Positions 19,813-29,678 of a stretch of 64,000 nt of DNA are shown piece after piece (within the stretch, counting starts at the first letter, position 1; each line of letters begins with the position of its first letter). The notes under the pieces were generated by a model. That model did no database searches and was not told where the DNA came from. It saw only the letters and a list, made by a program, of their open reading frames with translations. Where the stretch lies: NCBI GenBank assembly GCA_017854485.1, contig JAFMHN010000002.1, forward strand, positions 7,755 through 71,754, read 5' to 3'. Source of the stretch: Aquiluna sp. GTDB lineage: Bacteria; Actinomycetota; Actinomycetes; Actinomycetales; Microbacteriaceae. The position numbers and the translations under genes were made by a program.

Positions 19813-21066
19813 TTAGCCCTTCGTATATGGAACTGCCAGCGCCTTCGGGGGTATCGACTTACCCACGAATCCGACTACGGCAATGATGGTCACCAAATAC
19901 GGAACCATGGTGATGAAGTCAGTTGGGATGCCCGGGCTCACCTGATTCGCCCAAACCCTCAAAATGATTGAGAATCCGAACAACAAAGCCGCAAGGGCAG
20001 CAGAAATTGGGTGCCAGCGACCCAAGATCACAACCGCCAGGGCAATAAATCCAAATCCGCCGGACATCTCTCTACCAAAGGCACCCGCGTTGCCAATTGT
20101 CAACGCTGCTCCGCCAAGCCCAGCGATGGCACCGCCGATCGTGACCCACCAGAACCTAGTTCTTGCAACATTCACGCCAACAGTGTCAGCGGCCAACGGA
20201 TGCTCTCCAACAGCCCTCGCCCGCAATCCCAGGCGGGTTTTGAAAAGAATGAACCACAAAACCGGGACAATCACCAGCGCCAAGAAGACAGTGATTCGGT
20301 TCTCAAAGAGAATCGGGCCAATCACCGGGATGTCGCTTAGCACTGGAATCTTAATGATTTCCAGGGTGCCCGGGAAGTTCACATTCTCGCCGTCCTCAGT
20401 CAGCCACTGCTGATAAAGGAAGTTGGTTATTCCGATCACCAGAACGTTCAACACAACACCGACAATGATCTGCTGTGCCAAGAAAACAATTGAGAAGGTG
20501 GCCAGCACCATCGACATCAAAGCGGCAGTAACCATGGCGGCAATAATCCCGAGCGTGAAGCTGCCGGTGATGGAGCTCACCACGGCTGCCATGAAAGCGC
20601 CCGAGAGTAGCTGACCTTCAATTGCGATGTTAGTGATACCGACGCGCTCGCTCATCACACCACCCATGGCGCCAAGAATGATCGGCACCGCCAGAACCAA
20701 AGCGGTTCCAGCAATGAAGGTCACAGGAACTGTTGCGCCCGCGGCTAGCCAGCCCAGTAGAACGGTTATTCCGACCGCGCCGTAGACAGTCAGGACCCAA
20801 ATTGGTGTGCGCTTGTTTTGCATCGAACGCCACAGCGCAAAGCCTGAAATAGCGATCATTACGATTCCAGAGAAAATGCCAAGAGTGCTGGAATCAACAT
20901 CGATCGCCGGCAATTGAACGACATCCGTTCTGCGCGAGATTTCAAAGGCAACCATGCCCTCTCTTCCCAAAAAGCCAAGCAACACCAGGACCAACAATCC
21001 CAGTGAGCTCATCACAATCGGCGCCTTGAACCCTACTTTTTCTTCGGTCTGAATATTCATGCTCAT
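19813..21066 (-). CDS. Nucleoside ABC transporter permease (CUT2 family)
   Basis: ERVGITNIAIEG, RAVGEHPLAADTVG and GFIALAVVILGRW motifs; multi-TM. Confidence 0.9.
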   Translation of the reverse strand: MSMNIQTEEKVGFKAPIVMSSLGLLVLVLLGFLGREGMVAFEISRRTDVVQLPAIDVDSSTLGIFSGIVMIAISGFALWRSMQNKRTPIWVLTVYGAVGITVLLGWLAAGATVPVTFIAGTALVLAVPIILGAMGGVMSERVGITNIAIEGQLLSGAFMAAVVSSITGSFTLGIIAAMVTAALMSMVLATFSIVFLAQQIIVGVVLNVLVIGITNFLYQQWLTEDGENVNFPGTLEIIKIPVLSDIPVIGPILFENRITVFLALVIVPVLWFILFKTRLGLRARAVGEHPLAADTVGVNVARTRFWWVTIGGAIAGLGGAALTIGNAGAFGREMSGGFGFIALAVVILGRWHPISAALAALLFGFSIILRVWANQVSPGIPTDFITMVPYLVTIIAVVGFVGKSIPPKALAVPYTKG

Positions 21067-22295
21067 TTGGCACCTCCTCTGCTAAAGAGTCGTTTTCGAA
21101 TAGCTCCAAGGGCATTCGAGTTTTGAACCGCGGGCAACCTGAAGATAGCCCTGATTAGTGGCGGTGCCGCAATAAACAACACGATTGCTCCCTGCACGAT
21201 ACCTAGAACTTCCGGAGATACGCCGATGACTTGCATCGAGGGAGCTCCTGCCTTGAAGGCGCCGAAGAGCAGGCCTGCAAGCAGGATTCCAGGTCCGGAG
21301 GATCCACCCAAGAGCGCCACAGTAATGGCATCAAAACCAATGTTTGCGTGCGCAGAAGGTGTGACTCCAACTGCCACGCCAAGCGACTGGTTAGCTGCCG
21401 CCACTCCAACAAACCCAGCGGAGAGTGCCATCGCCAAGATGTAGGTTTTCTCGACATTGATTCCAGCTGCCCTGGCTGCATCGGGATTGAACCCGACCAT
21501 CCGCAGCCTGAAACCAATAGTGCTGCGCTCCATCAGCCACCAGAAAACGACAACCGCCAACAGCGCGAAGATCAATCCCCAGTGAAGTGAATAGTTGTCC
21601 CCGATCAACTTTGGCAACAGCGCTGTCTCAGCAGCCGGGTCAGCTTTTGGGTTTCCAGTGGCGCGGGTCTCCTGCAATAGGGCTGGATTGCGCATTAGGA
21701 AGGTAAAGAAGTAAAGAGCAATGTAGTTGAGCATGATCGTCAAGATCACCTCATGGGCACCGGTTCTGGCCTTTAGGAAACCCACCATTGCCCCAAGGAG
21801 CGCGGCCCCCACGATTCCGGCAATTAGAGCAACGATTGTGTGCAGAACAAATGGCAGCTCCAAACGAGTTGCTACGAAGGTTGCAAAGATCATTCCGAAA
21901 ATCAACTGGCCGGTGCCACCGATGTTGAAAAGCCCAACTCGGAAAGTCAGACCAATTCCAAGACCTGCGGCAATTAGTGGAGCACCGAGCCTCAGGGTTT
22001 CGGTGAGCGGACGAATCGCCTTTTCGAAGGTGTCAGCATCAGCGTTATAAATTGCACCCCTAAACAGCGCACCATAGCCCTCACTCACTACCTGGACGGC
22101 AGCGCCAAGGGCGTCGCTTGGCCTTGAGAAAAGGTAACCCAGAGCCTCAATGAACTCCTTGTTGGAGCCAATCATGAAAAGCGCTCCCACCAGGAAGCCC
22201 AGCAGCACCGAAAGAACTGTTCTGGTGAGGCCGCCTGAGAGAATCTCTTTCACGGCCTGAGCCATGGATTCTTCGTTCTTTTTTACATCACTCAT
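21063..22295 (-). CDS. Nucleoside ABC transporter permease (CUT2 family)
   Basis: GLFNIGGTGQ, GAHEVILTIMLNY, GFNPDAARAAG and GFDAITVALLG motifs. Confidence 0.9.
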   Translation of the reverse strand: MSDVKKNEESMAQAVKEILSGGLTRTVLSVLLGFLVGALFMIGSNKEFIEALGYLFSRPSDALGAAVQVVSEGYGALFRGAIYNADADTFEKAIRPLTETLRLGAPLIAAGLGIGLTFRVGLFNIGGTGQLIFGMIFATFVATRLELPFVLHTIVALIAGIVGAALLGAMVGFLKARTGAHEVILTIMLNYIALYFFTFLMRNPALLQETRATGNPKADPAAETALLPKLIGDNYSLHWGLIFALLAVVVFWWLMERSTIGFRLRMVGFNPDAARAAGINVEKTYILAMALSAGFVGVAAANQSLGVAVGVTPSAHANIGFDAITVALLGGSSGPGILLAGLLFGAFKAGAPSMQVIGVSPEVLGIVQGAIVLFIAAPPLIRAIFRLPAVQNSNALGAIRKRLFSRGGAK

Positions 22296-23797
22296 GCGGT
22301 CACTCCAGCCATCAGCTTGCCCAGGTCTTCTCTAGATGTTTCCGGGCCAACAATTCCTACAATTTTGCCTCGATACATAACCGCGATCCGATCGGCCAGT
22401 GCCAGCACTTCATCGAGCTCAGTTGAAATCAGGACCACAGCCTTGCCCGCATCGCGCTCGGCAATAATCTGCTCATGAATGAATTCGATTGAACCGACAT
22501 CCACTCCGCGAGTTGGTTGGGAGGCAATCAGCAAGCTGACATCCCTTGACAGCTCCCTGGCTACAACCACCTTCTGCTGGTTTCCACCAGAGAGTTTTGA
22601 TGCGAGCGTCTCGGAACTAGGTGTTCGAACATCGAACTGCTCAACTAGCTCATCAGCGATTTTCTTACGAGCGCCAAAATTTATGGACAGCCCCCGGGTG
22701 AAGCGAGACTTAAAGGATGAATTCAGCATCAGGTTCTCGGCGATTGTGAATTCGGAGACTAGGCCATCGGTCTTGCGGTCCTCAGGGATGAAACCAACAC
22801 CGCTCTCAAGAACCTCGCGAACGCTAGCCGTTGAGATGTCGATTCCATTGATTGTGGTCTTGGCTTCGGGGTCAATGGACTTTCTCAGCCCGAGCAGATA
22901 CTCGGCCAGTTCGGTCTGCCCATTTCCTTGAACTCCCGCCAAAGCAAGGATCTCTCCGGCCTTCACTTCAAAACTTACGTCGTTTACCATGCGCTGGGAG
23001 CGGTCATCCAGCACCGACACGTGACTTACTTCGAGAACAGCCTTGCCGGGTGCCGCTGGCTTTTTGTCAATTGTCAGAATCACCTCTCGCCCAACCATGA
23101 GGGAGGCAAGTTCCGAAGTGGAGGCATCAGGTTTTGCGGTTCCAACCACCTTGCCAAGCCGAATAACAGTGATCTTGTCGGCAACAGCCTTGACCTCACG
23201 CAGCTTGTGTGTGATGAAGACGATTGAAGTGCCCGTTGCAGCAAGCTGCTTCATGATCTCCATGAGCTCATCGGTTTCCTGCGGAGTGAGAACTGCAGTT
23301 GGTTCATCCAAAACCAAAACTTTGGCGTCTCTTGAAAGCGCCTTGATGATTTCCACCCGTTGCTGCACGCCAACTGGCAGGTCAGCAATTAGAGCATCGG
23401 GGTCAACATTGAAACCGAAGCGCTCTGAAATTTCTCTAACTTGTTGCTTGGCCTTGGCCAGGTCAATAACACCAAGTGCCTTGGTGGGTTCGTGTCCAAG
23501 TGCGACGTTTTCAGCAACTGTGAACACGGGAATCAGCATGAAGTGCTGGTGGACCATTCCGATTCCGGCGGCCATTGCATCGCCGGGGCCGGAGAACTTC
23601 TGAACGATACCATCGAGTTCAATGACTCCCTCGTCCGCGGTGTAAAGACCGTAGAGCACGTTCATGAGGGTTGATTTGCCGGCCCCATTCTCACCAAGAA
23701 GGGCGTGAATCTCTCCAGGCTCAATAACTAAATCAATTGAATCATTTGCCGTTACCTGGCCAAACCGCTTGGTTATTCCGCGAAGCTCTAATTTCAC
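22292..23797 (-). CDS. Nucleoside ABC transporter ATP-binding protein (two fused NBDs)
   Basis: GENGAGKST, LDEPT and LSGGNQQK motifs. Confidence 0.95.
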   Translation of the reverse strand: MKLELRGITKRFGQVTANDSIDLVIEPGEIHALLGENGAGKSTLMNVLYGLYTADEGVIELDGIVQKFSGPGDAMAAGIGMVHQHFMLIPVFTVAENVALGHEPTKALGVIDLAKAKQQVREISERFGFNVDPDALIADLPVGVQQRVEIIKALSRDAKVLVLDEPTAVLTPQETDELMEIMKQLAATGTSIVFITHKLREVKAVADKITVIRLGKVVGTAKPDASTSELASLMVGREVILTIDKKPAAPGKAVLEVSHVSVLDDRSQRMVNDVSFEVKAGEILALAGVQGNGQTELAEYLLGLRKSIDPEAKTTINGIDISTASVREVLESGVGFIPEDRKTDGLVSEFTIAENLMLNSSFKSRFTRGLSINFGARKKIADELVEQFDVRTPSSETLASKLSGGNQQKVVVARELSRDVSLLIASQPTRGVDVGSIEFIHEQIIAERDAGKAVVLISTELDEVLALADRIAVMYRGKIVGIVGPETSREDLGKLMAGVTA

Positions 23798-23830
23798 TTG
23801 GCACTCCTTTGTGCAAACACTCTATTTGAT

Positions 23831-23872
23831 AAAAGCAAAAACTAAAGGGCCGCAGGATTTCTCCTGCGGCCC
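23831..23872 (-). terminator. Intercistronic terminator or stabilising hairpin after the BMP gene
   Basis: 11-bp stem GGGCCGCAGGA/TCCTGCGGCCC; minus strand continues TTTAGTTTTTGCTTTT. Confidence 0.8.
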
Positions 23873-23884
23873 CCAAGTTACTTA

Positions 23885-24979
23885 CTAGCTAAGTGGGTCA
23901 ATTTCGCCGGAAATAATTCCAGCTTCTAGCTCGACTAGTCGAGCCTTAACCTCATCAGATAGCTTGGCGTCGAAGTCATAGAACGGGCTTAGGCCAGTTC
24001 CACCATTAGCCAAGGTTCCGATGTACGCATCGCCTGAGAAGGCTCCGCCAGATGAAAGCTCAGCAATGATGTCGTAGACAGCATTGGTCATGCGCTTCTC
24101 AGCTGAAGTTAGAACGTATGGAGCATACTCTGGGCTGCTAAGGGCTACGTCCTTGTCAACACCAATCATTACGCCGTCAATGCCGGCTTCCTTGATTGCC
24201 TCAGAAACTGCACCGAACTGATCTCCACCAACTGGGAAAATAACGTCAGCGCCGTCGTTTACCAGGGCTGCAGCAATCGCCTTTGAGGTTCCAGAGTTAG
24301 GAACAAAGTCACCGGTGAACTGACCGGTCTGAGCAATTGCGTCCCAGCCAACAACGGTTACCATCTCGCCAGAGTCAGCAGCGTAAGCCATTGCTCCGTA
24401 GTAGAAGCCATCCATGAAGTCAGTAACAGCAGGAATCTGAACTCCACCGTAGGTTCCAACAACCTTGGTTGTTGAGTAAGCAGCAGCTACGTAACCAGCA
24501 AGGTAGCTTGACTGGTTCATTGTGTAGCCAACTGGCTTTAGGTTTGCATTGCCCTCTGACCAACCATCGATGGTTACGAAGTTCATGTCTGGGTTTGCAG
24601 CAGCAGCAGCGTTTACGTCAGCGACTAGGTTGAAGCCAACTGCGAAGGTTACGTCACAGCCCTTATCAATCATTGCCTGCAAGTTTGGTGCGAAGTCTTC
24701 AGCAGAGTTTGATTCTGCGTCAGCAATTTCAGCGCCTAGTTCAGCCTGAGCCTTCTCAAGTCCGTCGTATACCGACTCGTTGAAAGACTTGTCGTTCCAG
24801 CTTCCCTCGTCAGATACCGCACATGCTAGGTAATCAATCGCTGGTGCTGCTTCTTCAGTCTGTGTTGCAGCAGCAGTAGTCTCTGCTGCCTCTTCCTCAG
24901 GTGCCGCAGCACATCCGGAAAGCACTAGAGCCGAAACGCCCATTAGGGCGAATACAGCAGATGCATTTCTTAACTTCAA
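23885..24979 (-). CDS. BMP-family (PnrA/TmpC/NupN-like) nucleoside-binding lipoprotein
   Basis: Lipobox LSGC; DKSFNES, SYLAGYVAA and IGVDKD motifs; AGGAGG SD before a TTG start. Confidence 0.93.
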   Translation of the reverse strand: MKLRNASAVFALMGVSALVLSGCAAAPEEEAAETTAAATQTEEAAPAIDYLACAVSDEGSWNDKSFNESVYDGLEKAQAELGAEIADAESNSAEDFAPNLQAMIDKGCDVTFAVGFNLVADVNAAAAANPDMNFVTIDGWSEGNANLKPVGYTMNQSSYLAGYVAAAYSTTKVVGTYGGVQIPAVTDFMDGFYYGAMAYAADSGEMVTVVGWDAIAQTGQFTGDFVPNSGTSKAIAAALVNDGADVIFPVGGDQFGAVSEAIKEAGIDGVMIGVDKDVALSSPEYAPYVLTSAEKRMTNAVYDIIAELSSGGAFSGDAYIGTLANGGTGLSPFYDFDAKLSDEVKARLVELEAGIISGEIDPLS

Positions 24980-25094
24980 GGTTCCTCCTGAATTTTTTTG
25001 GAAGGCGCGGATGGCGCCTGTTTGACAATTACTTTAGTGGGAGAAATGAAGCCGAAAGAACAAAAAATTCAGCTTAATAAGATTGGAACAATTC

Positions 25095-26204
25095 CTACAG
25101 CAAATCGGAGTGCCCGGTTTGCTTCAAGGCCTCAACTAGAGCTTTAACCTTCTGTGCATGCTGCTTGGTGGTTACCAATAAGGCATCTGGAGTATCCACC
25201 ACAATCACATCTTCCAGACCGATCAATGCGACCAGCCGATTCGTGTCACTCACCAGAATTCCGCTGGAGGAATCGGACAGCACGCGAGCCGAACCTAGAA
25301 CTGCCAGATTCTTGCTCTTGCCCTGTGACTGGAGCTCGGCAATGGCGGCAAAGTCTCCGACATCGTGCCACTCAAATGCCGCCGGCACCACCGCAACCAG
25401 TCCGACCTTCGCCGCTGGCTCGGCAATGGCGTAGTCGATGGCGATGCGAGTGAGCTCCGGCCAAATCTCGTGCAGCTTCTGTTCTTGCTGATCGGTGTCC
25501 CAGTACTCGGCCAATCGCATAATTCCAGCGTGAAGCTGAGGCTGAGTCTTAGCCAAAACCTCTAGCAAGAGTTTTGCTGGAGCGATGAACATTCCGGCGT
25601 TCCACAGGTACTTGCCGTTGGCCACAAACTTCTTGGCCTTCTTGATCTCGGGCTTCTCAACGAATTCCGCAACCTCGAATCCCGGCCCTTGCTTTAGGGC
25701 CTGACCTTTTTTGATGTAACCAAATGCGACCGATGCTTCAGTTGGGACGATCCCGATTGTGACAATCTTGTTGGTGGCTGCAATCCTGATTGAAGCCGAA
25801 ATCGCTTCCTCAAATTTCTGCTGGTCGGTAATCACATGATCGGCGGCGAATGAGCCGATAATCACATCTGGGTTTCGCTTATACAAAACTGCTGCGGCCA
25901 GCGCTATCGCCGCAGTTGAATCTTTTGGCGAGGGCTCGAGAATTAGATTCTCCTTGGCAAGCCCAGGAAGTTGCTCCGCAACCAACCTGGCATGAACATC
26001 GCCGGTCACGACCATTAGCTTGTTCTTGGTAATCGGCGCCAACCGATCCCAGGTGTCCTGTAGCAGCGTTTGACCACTGCCAGTCAAGTCATGAAGAAAC
26101 TTTGGTGCGCTGGCACGAGATAGAGGCCAGAGCCTCGAACCAACTCCACCGGCCGGAATAATTGCAAAGAAGTTCTCTGTTGGATCAATCTGATTAGTGT
26201 CCAC
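25095..26204 (-). CDS. manC: Mannose-1-phosphate guanylyltransferase
   Basis: IPAGGVGSRLWPLSR...PKF, FVEKP, WNAGMF and WHDVG motifs. Confidence 0.92.
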   Translation of the reverse strand: MDTNQIDPTENFFAIIPAGGVGSRLWPLSRASAPKFLHDLTGSGQTLLQDTWDRLAPITKNKLMVVTGDVHARLVAEQLPGLAKENLILEPSPKDSTAAIALAAAVLYKRNPDVIIGSFAADHVITDQQKFEEAISASIRIAATNKIVTIGIVPTEASVAFGYIKKGQALKQGPGFEVAEFVEKPEIKKAKKFVANGKYLWNAGMFIAPAKLLLEVLAKTQPQLHAGIMRLAEYWDTDQQEQKLHEIWPELTRIAIDYAIAEPAAKVGLVAVVPAAFEWHDVGDFAAIAELQSQGKSKNLAVLGSARVLSDSSSGILVSDTNRLVALIGLEDVIVVDTPDALLVTTKQHAQKVKALVEALKQTGHSDLL

Positions 26205-26287
26205 ATCTAAACACTAGATGTTCTTGCTTAGATTCCAAAAGCAGCTTGGTCGCTGGGGTACACTTATAGGAAACAACTGTTCTATCC

Positions 26288-26677
26288 ATGGAGGCTAGCT
26301 TGGCAATTCGGCCAGCAGGAACCCTTTACCGAGGCAAAGTCGGAATGTGGTCCTGGGTACTTCACCGTATTAGCGGTGTTGGAATCTTTTTCTTTTTGCT
26401 TGTACACGTTCTAGACACCGCTCTGGTGCGGGTGAGCCCGGAGGCCTACAACGTGGTCATCGAGTCTTACAAAACCCCAATTGTTGGATTGGCGGAGCTT
26501 GGCCTAGTTGGTGCAGTTCTGTTCCACGGCCTCAACGGCTTGCGCGTAATCGCGATTGACTTCTGGTCCAAGGGAACGAAATACCAGAACTTTATGTTCT
26601 GGGCAGTAATTGCCATCACAGTCATCGCAGTTGCAGGGTTTGCGCCGCTGCACCTTGCCCGAGTATTTGGTCACTAG
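26288..26677 (+). CDS. sdhC: Succinate dehydrogenase cytochrome b subunit
   Basis: GMWSWVLHRISG and FHGLNGLR motifs; 3 TM helices. Confidence 0.94.
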   Translation: MEASLAIRPAGTLYRGKVGMWSWVLHRISGVGIFFFLLVHVLDTALVRVSPEAYNVVIESYKTPIVGLAELGLVGAVLFHGLNGLRVIAIDFWSKGTKYQNFMFWAVIAITVIAVAGFAPLHLARVFGH

Positions 26678-26687
26678 GAGGTCGACA

Positions 26688-27128
26688 ATGAGCGTAACAA
26701 TTGAGACACCTAACAGACCAAGAAGCCGCAAGCAAGCCAACTGGGAAAAATACGGCTGGCTGTTCATGCGAGTCAGCGGGCCACTACTGGTTGTTTTGGT
26801 CTTCACTCACCTGGTTGTGAATCTGGTGCTGGGCGACGGAATCAAGGCAATTGACTTCGCTTTTGTTGCCGGCAAATGGGCAGACCCGTTCTGGCAGGTT
26901 TGGGATCTTGCAATGCTGTGGCTAGCACTTATTCACGGCACCAACGGAATGCGCACCATCGTGAACGACTACACCGAGAAGGTGAAGGTGCGCAAAGCGC
27001 TAACCACGACCCTGTGGGCGGTTTGTGCGCTGCTGATTCTGCTCGGAACCTTAGTAATTTTCACTTTTGATCCATGTCCAGCCGGAGCCTCGGCTGACCT
27101 TCTAGCCTCATTTTGCCCAGCAGCATAA
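26688..27128 (+). CDS. sdhD: Succinate dehydrogenase hydrophobic anchor subunit
   Basis: WLFMRVSG and IHGTNGMR motifs; TAGGAGG SD supports ATG 26688. Confidence 0.92.
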   Translation: MSVTIETPNRPRSRKQANWEKYGWLFMRVSGPLLVVLVFTHLVVNLVLGDGIKAIDFAFVAGKWADPFWQVWDLAMLWLALIHGTNGMRTIVNDYTEKVKVRKALTTTLWAVCALLILLGTLVIFTFDPCPAGASADLLASFCPAA

Positions 27129-27142
27129 GTAAAGGAAGAACA

Positions 27143-28921
27143 TTGCCGGAGAATACGACCGCCAACGACAACATCACCTATCACTCGTTTGACGTACTGA
27201 TAGTCGGTGCCGGTGGTGCCGGCATGAGGGCTGCGATTGAGGCTGGCTCTGATGCCAATGTTGCTGTTATTTCAAAACTCTTTCCAACCCGTTCCCACAC
27301 CGGTGCCGCCCAGGGCGGTATGGCTGCAGCTCTTGCCAACGTTGAGGAAGACAGCTGGGAATGGCACACCTTCGACACCGTAAAGGGTGGCGACTACCTG
27401 GTTGACCAGGACGCGGCTGAAATTCTGGCGAAGGAATCGGTTCAGGCAGTAATCGACCTCGAGAACATGGGATTGCCTTTTAACAGGACCCCTGAGGGCA
27501 AGATTGACCAGCGTCGATTCGGTGGCCACACCAGAGACCACGGAAAAGCGCCAGTTCGACGCAGTTGCTACGCAGCCGACCGCACGGGCCACATGATCCT
27601 GCAGACTCTTTACCAAAACTGCGTGAAGCTTGGAATCAACTTCTTCAACGAGTTCTATGTTCTGGACTTGGTAATGAACGACGGCAAACCTGCCGGTGTT
27701 GTTGCCTACGATTTGGCAACCGGAGACATTCACGTCTTTGCCGCAAAGTCAATCGTGTTTGCAACCGGTGGTTTTGGAAAAATCTACAAAACCACCTCGA
27801 ACGCTCACACCCTGACCGGTGACGGCGTTGCGATTGCCTACAGGCGAGGAATCCCGCTTGAGGACATGGAGTTTTACCAGTTCCACCCAACCGGCCTTGC
27901 CGGTCTTGGCATCTTGCTGTCTGAGGCAGCCAGAGGCGAGGGTGGAATCCTTCGAAATGCATCCGGTGAACGATTCATGGAGCGTTACGCGCCAACCATC
28001 AAGGACCTGGCTCCGAGAGACATGGTCGCCAGAGCAATGGCCAATGAGGTTCGCGAAGGCCGCGGAGCGGGTCCAAACAAGGATTACGTTCTCCTGGACC
28101 TAACCCACCTAGAGCCTGCCGTGATTGACGCCAAACTTCCAGACATCACCGAGTTTGCAAGAACCTACCTGGGCGTCGAACCTTACACGGAGCCAGTTCC
28201 GGTGTTCCCGACTGCTCACTATGCAATGGGCGGAATTCCGACCAACATCAAGGCGGAGGTACTCTCTGATAATGACACCGTAATCCCTGGTCTGTATGCA
28301 GCGGGTGAATGTGCCTGTGTTTCAGTTCACGGAGCAAACCGCCTTGGAACCAACTCACTATTAGACATCAACGTCTTTGGAAAGCGAGCTGGCCAGTACT
28401 CAGTTGAATATGCCAAAACCGCCAAGCAGGTTCCGCTTCCAGAAGATGCAGCTCACGATGTGCTTGCAATGATCGAGAAGGTCCGCAAGTCAAAGGGTAA
28501 GGAAAAAATCGCCCAGCTTCGCAAAGAGCTGCAGGATTCAATGGACAAGAATGCTCAGGTCTTTAGAACAGAAGAGACACTTCAAGAGGCATTGGACAAG
28601 ATCCATGAGCTTCGCAAGAGGTATGAGAACATCGCGATCCAAGATCAGGGTAAGCGCTTCAACACCGACCTACTGGAGGCAATCGAGCTTGGATTCTTGC
28701 TTGACCTTGCCGAGGTGACCGTCGTTGCCTGCCGCGAGCGCCGCGAGTCTCGTGGGGCGCACTTGCGTGAGGACTTCCCGAACCGTGACGACAAGAAGTT
28801 CATGGTCCACTCAATGGTTTATAAGAGTGACAAGACCGACAAGAAAACTGGCACGAACATGAAAATTGACTGGAAGCCAGTCGTTATCACCAACTACCAG
28901 CCGATGGAGCGTAAGTACTAA
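27143..28921 (+). CDS. sdhA: Succinate dehydrogenase flavoprotein
   Basis: GAGGAG, covalent-FAD motif RSHTGAAQGG, QFHPTG, HYAMGG and HGANRLGTNSL. Start TTG 27143 follows AAAGGAAG. Confidence 0.97.
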   Translation: MPENTTANDNITYHSFDVLIVGAGGAGMRAAIEAGSDANVAVISKLFPTRSHTGAAQGGMAAALANVEEDSWEWHTFDTVKGGDYLVDQDAAEILAKESVQAVIDLENMGLPFNRTPEGKIDQRRFGGHTRDHGKAPVRRSCYAADRTGHMILQTLYQNCVKLGINFFNEFYVLDLVMNDGKPAGVVAYDLATGDIHVFAAKSIVFATGGFGKIYKTTSNAHTLTGDGVAIAYRRGIPLEDMEFYQFHPTGLAGLGILLSEAARGEGGILRNASGERFMERYAPTIKDLAPRDMVARAMANEVREGRGAGPNKDYVLLDLTHLEPAVIDAKLPDITEFARTYLGVEPYTEPVPVFPTAHYAMGGIPTNIKAEVLSDNDTVIPGLYAAGECACVSVHGANRLGTNSLLDINVFGKRAGQYSVEYAKTAKQVPLPEDAAHDVLAMIEKVRKSKGKEKIAQLRKELQDSMDKNAQVFRTEETLQEALDKIHELRKRYENIAIQDQGKRFNTDLLEAIELGFLLDLAEVTVVACRERRESRGAHLREDFPNRDDKKFMVHSMVYKSDKTDKKTGTNMKIDWKPVVITNYQPMERKY

Positions 28922-29655
28922 TGGCAGATCAGGCAGTCCCAACGATTGACTCCTTCACCGTCACATTGTTCGTCAGGAGGTTTGACCCTGAGACTGATCA
29001 AGAGCCAAAGTGGGTCGACTACGACGTAGAAATGTTTGGCACTGATCGAGTGCTGGATGCTCTCCACAAAATCAAGTGGGAACAGGATGGTTCACTGACC
29101 TTTAGGCGCTCCTGCGCCCACGGTGTTTGCGGTTCGGATGCAATGCGCATCAACGGTCGTAACCGACTTGCCTGCAAGACATTGATCAAGGACCTAGACA
29201 TCTCTCAGCCAATCTACGTGGAGCCAATCAAGGGCCTTCCCGTGGAGAAGGACCTGATTGTTGACATGAACCCCTTCTATCAGGCTTATAAGGACATCAA
29301 CCCGTTCCTAGTTGCCAACGACAAGCCTGAAAAGGAGCGCCTGCAGTCTCCTGAGGACCGCGCTCGCTATGACGACACCACCAAGTGCATCCTGTGTGCC
29401 GCCTGCACCACCAGCTGCCCCGTGTTCTGGACTGATGGCCAGTACTTCGGTCCTGCGGCGATTGTGAATGCACACCGATTCATCTTTGACTCTCGCGACG
29501 AAGAGGCGCAGGTTCGTCTGGACATCTTGAACGACAAAGAGGGCGTGTGGCGTTGCCGCACCACCTTCAACTGCACCGAGGCCTGTCCTCGAGGCATTGA
29601 GGTCACCAAGGCTATTGCCGAGGTGAAGCAGGCCATCTTGCGCGGAAGAGTCTAG
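28921..29655 (+). CDS. sdhB: Succinate dehydrogenase iron-sulfur subunit
   Basis: SCAHGVCGSD...C, CILCAACTTSC and CRTTFNCTEACP motifs. Confidence 0.97.
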   Translation: MADQAVPTIDSFTVTLFVRRFDPETDQEPKWVDYDVEMFGTDRVLDALHKIKWEQDGSLTFRRSCAHGVCGSDAMRINGRNRLACKTLIKDLDISQPIYVEPIKGLPVEKDLIVDMNPFYQAYKDINPFLVANDKPEKERLQSPEDRARYDDTTKCILCAACTTSCPVFWTDGQYFGPAAIVNAHRFIFDSRDEEAQVRLDILNDKEGVWRCRTTFNCTEACPRGIEVTKAIAEVKQAILRGRV

Positions 29656-29678
29656 ACATAGTTGTTGTTTAGCTTTTT

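Noticed and set aside
26204-26220. CATCTA-N5-TAGATG inverted repeat over the manC start
   Set aside because: 6-bp arms, single occurrence, partly explained by the -10 and start codon.
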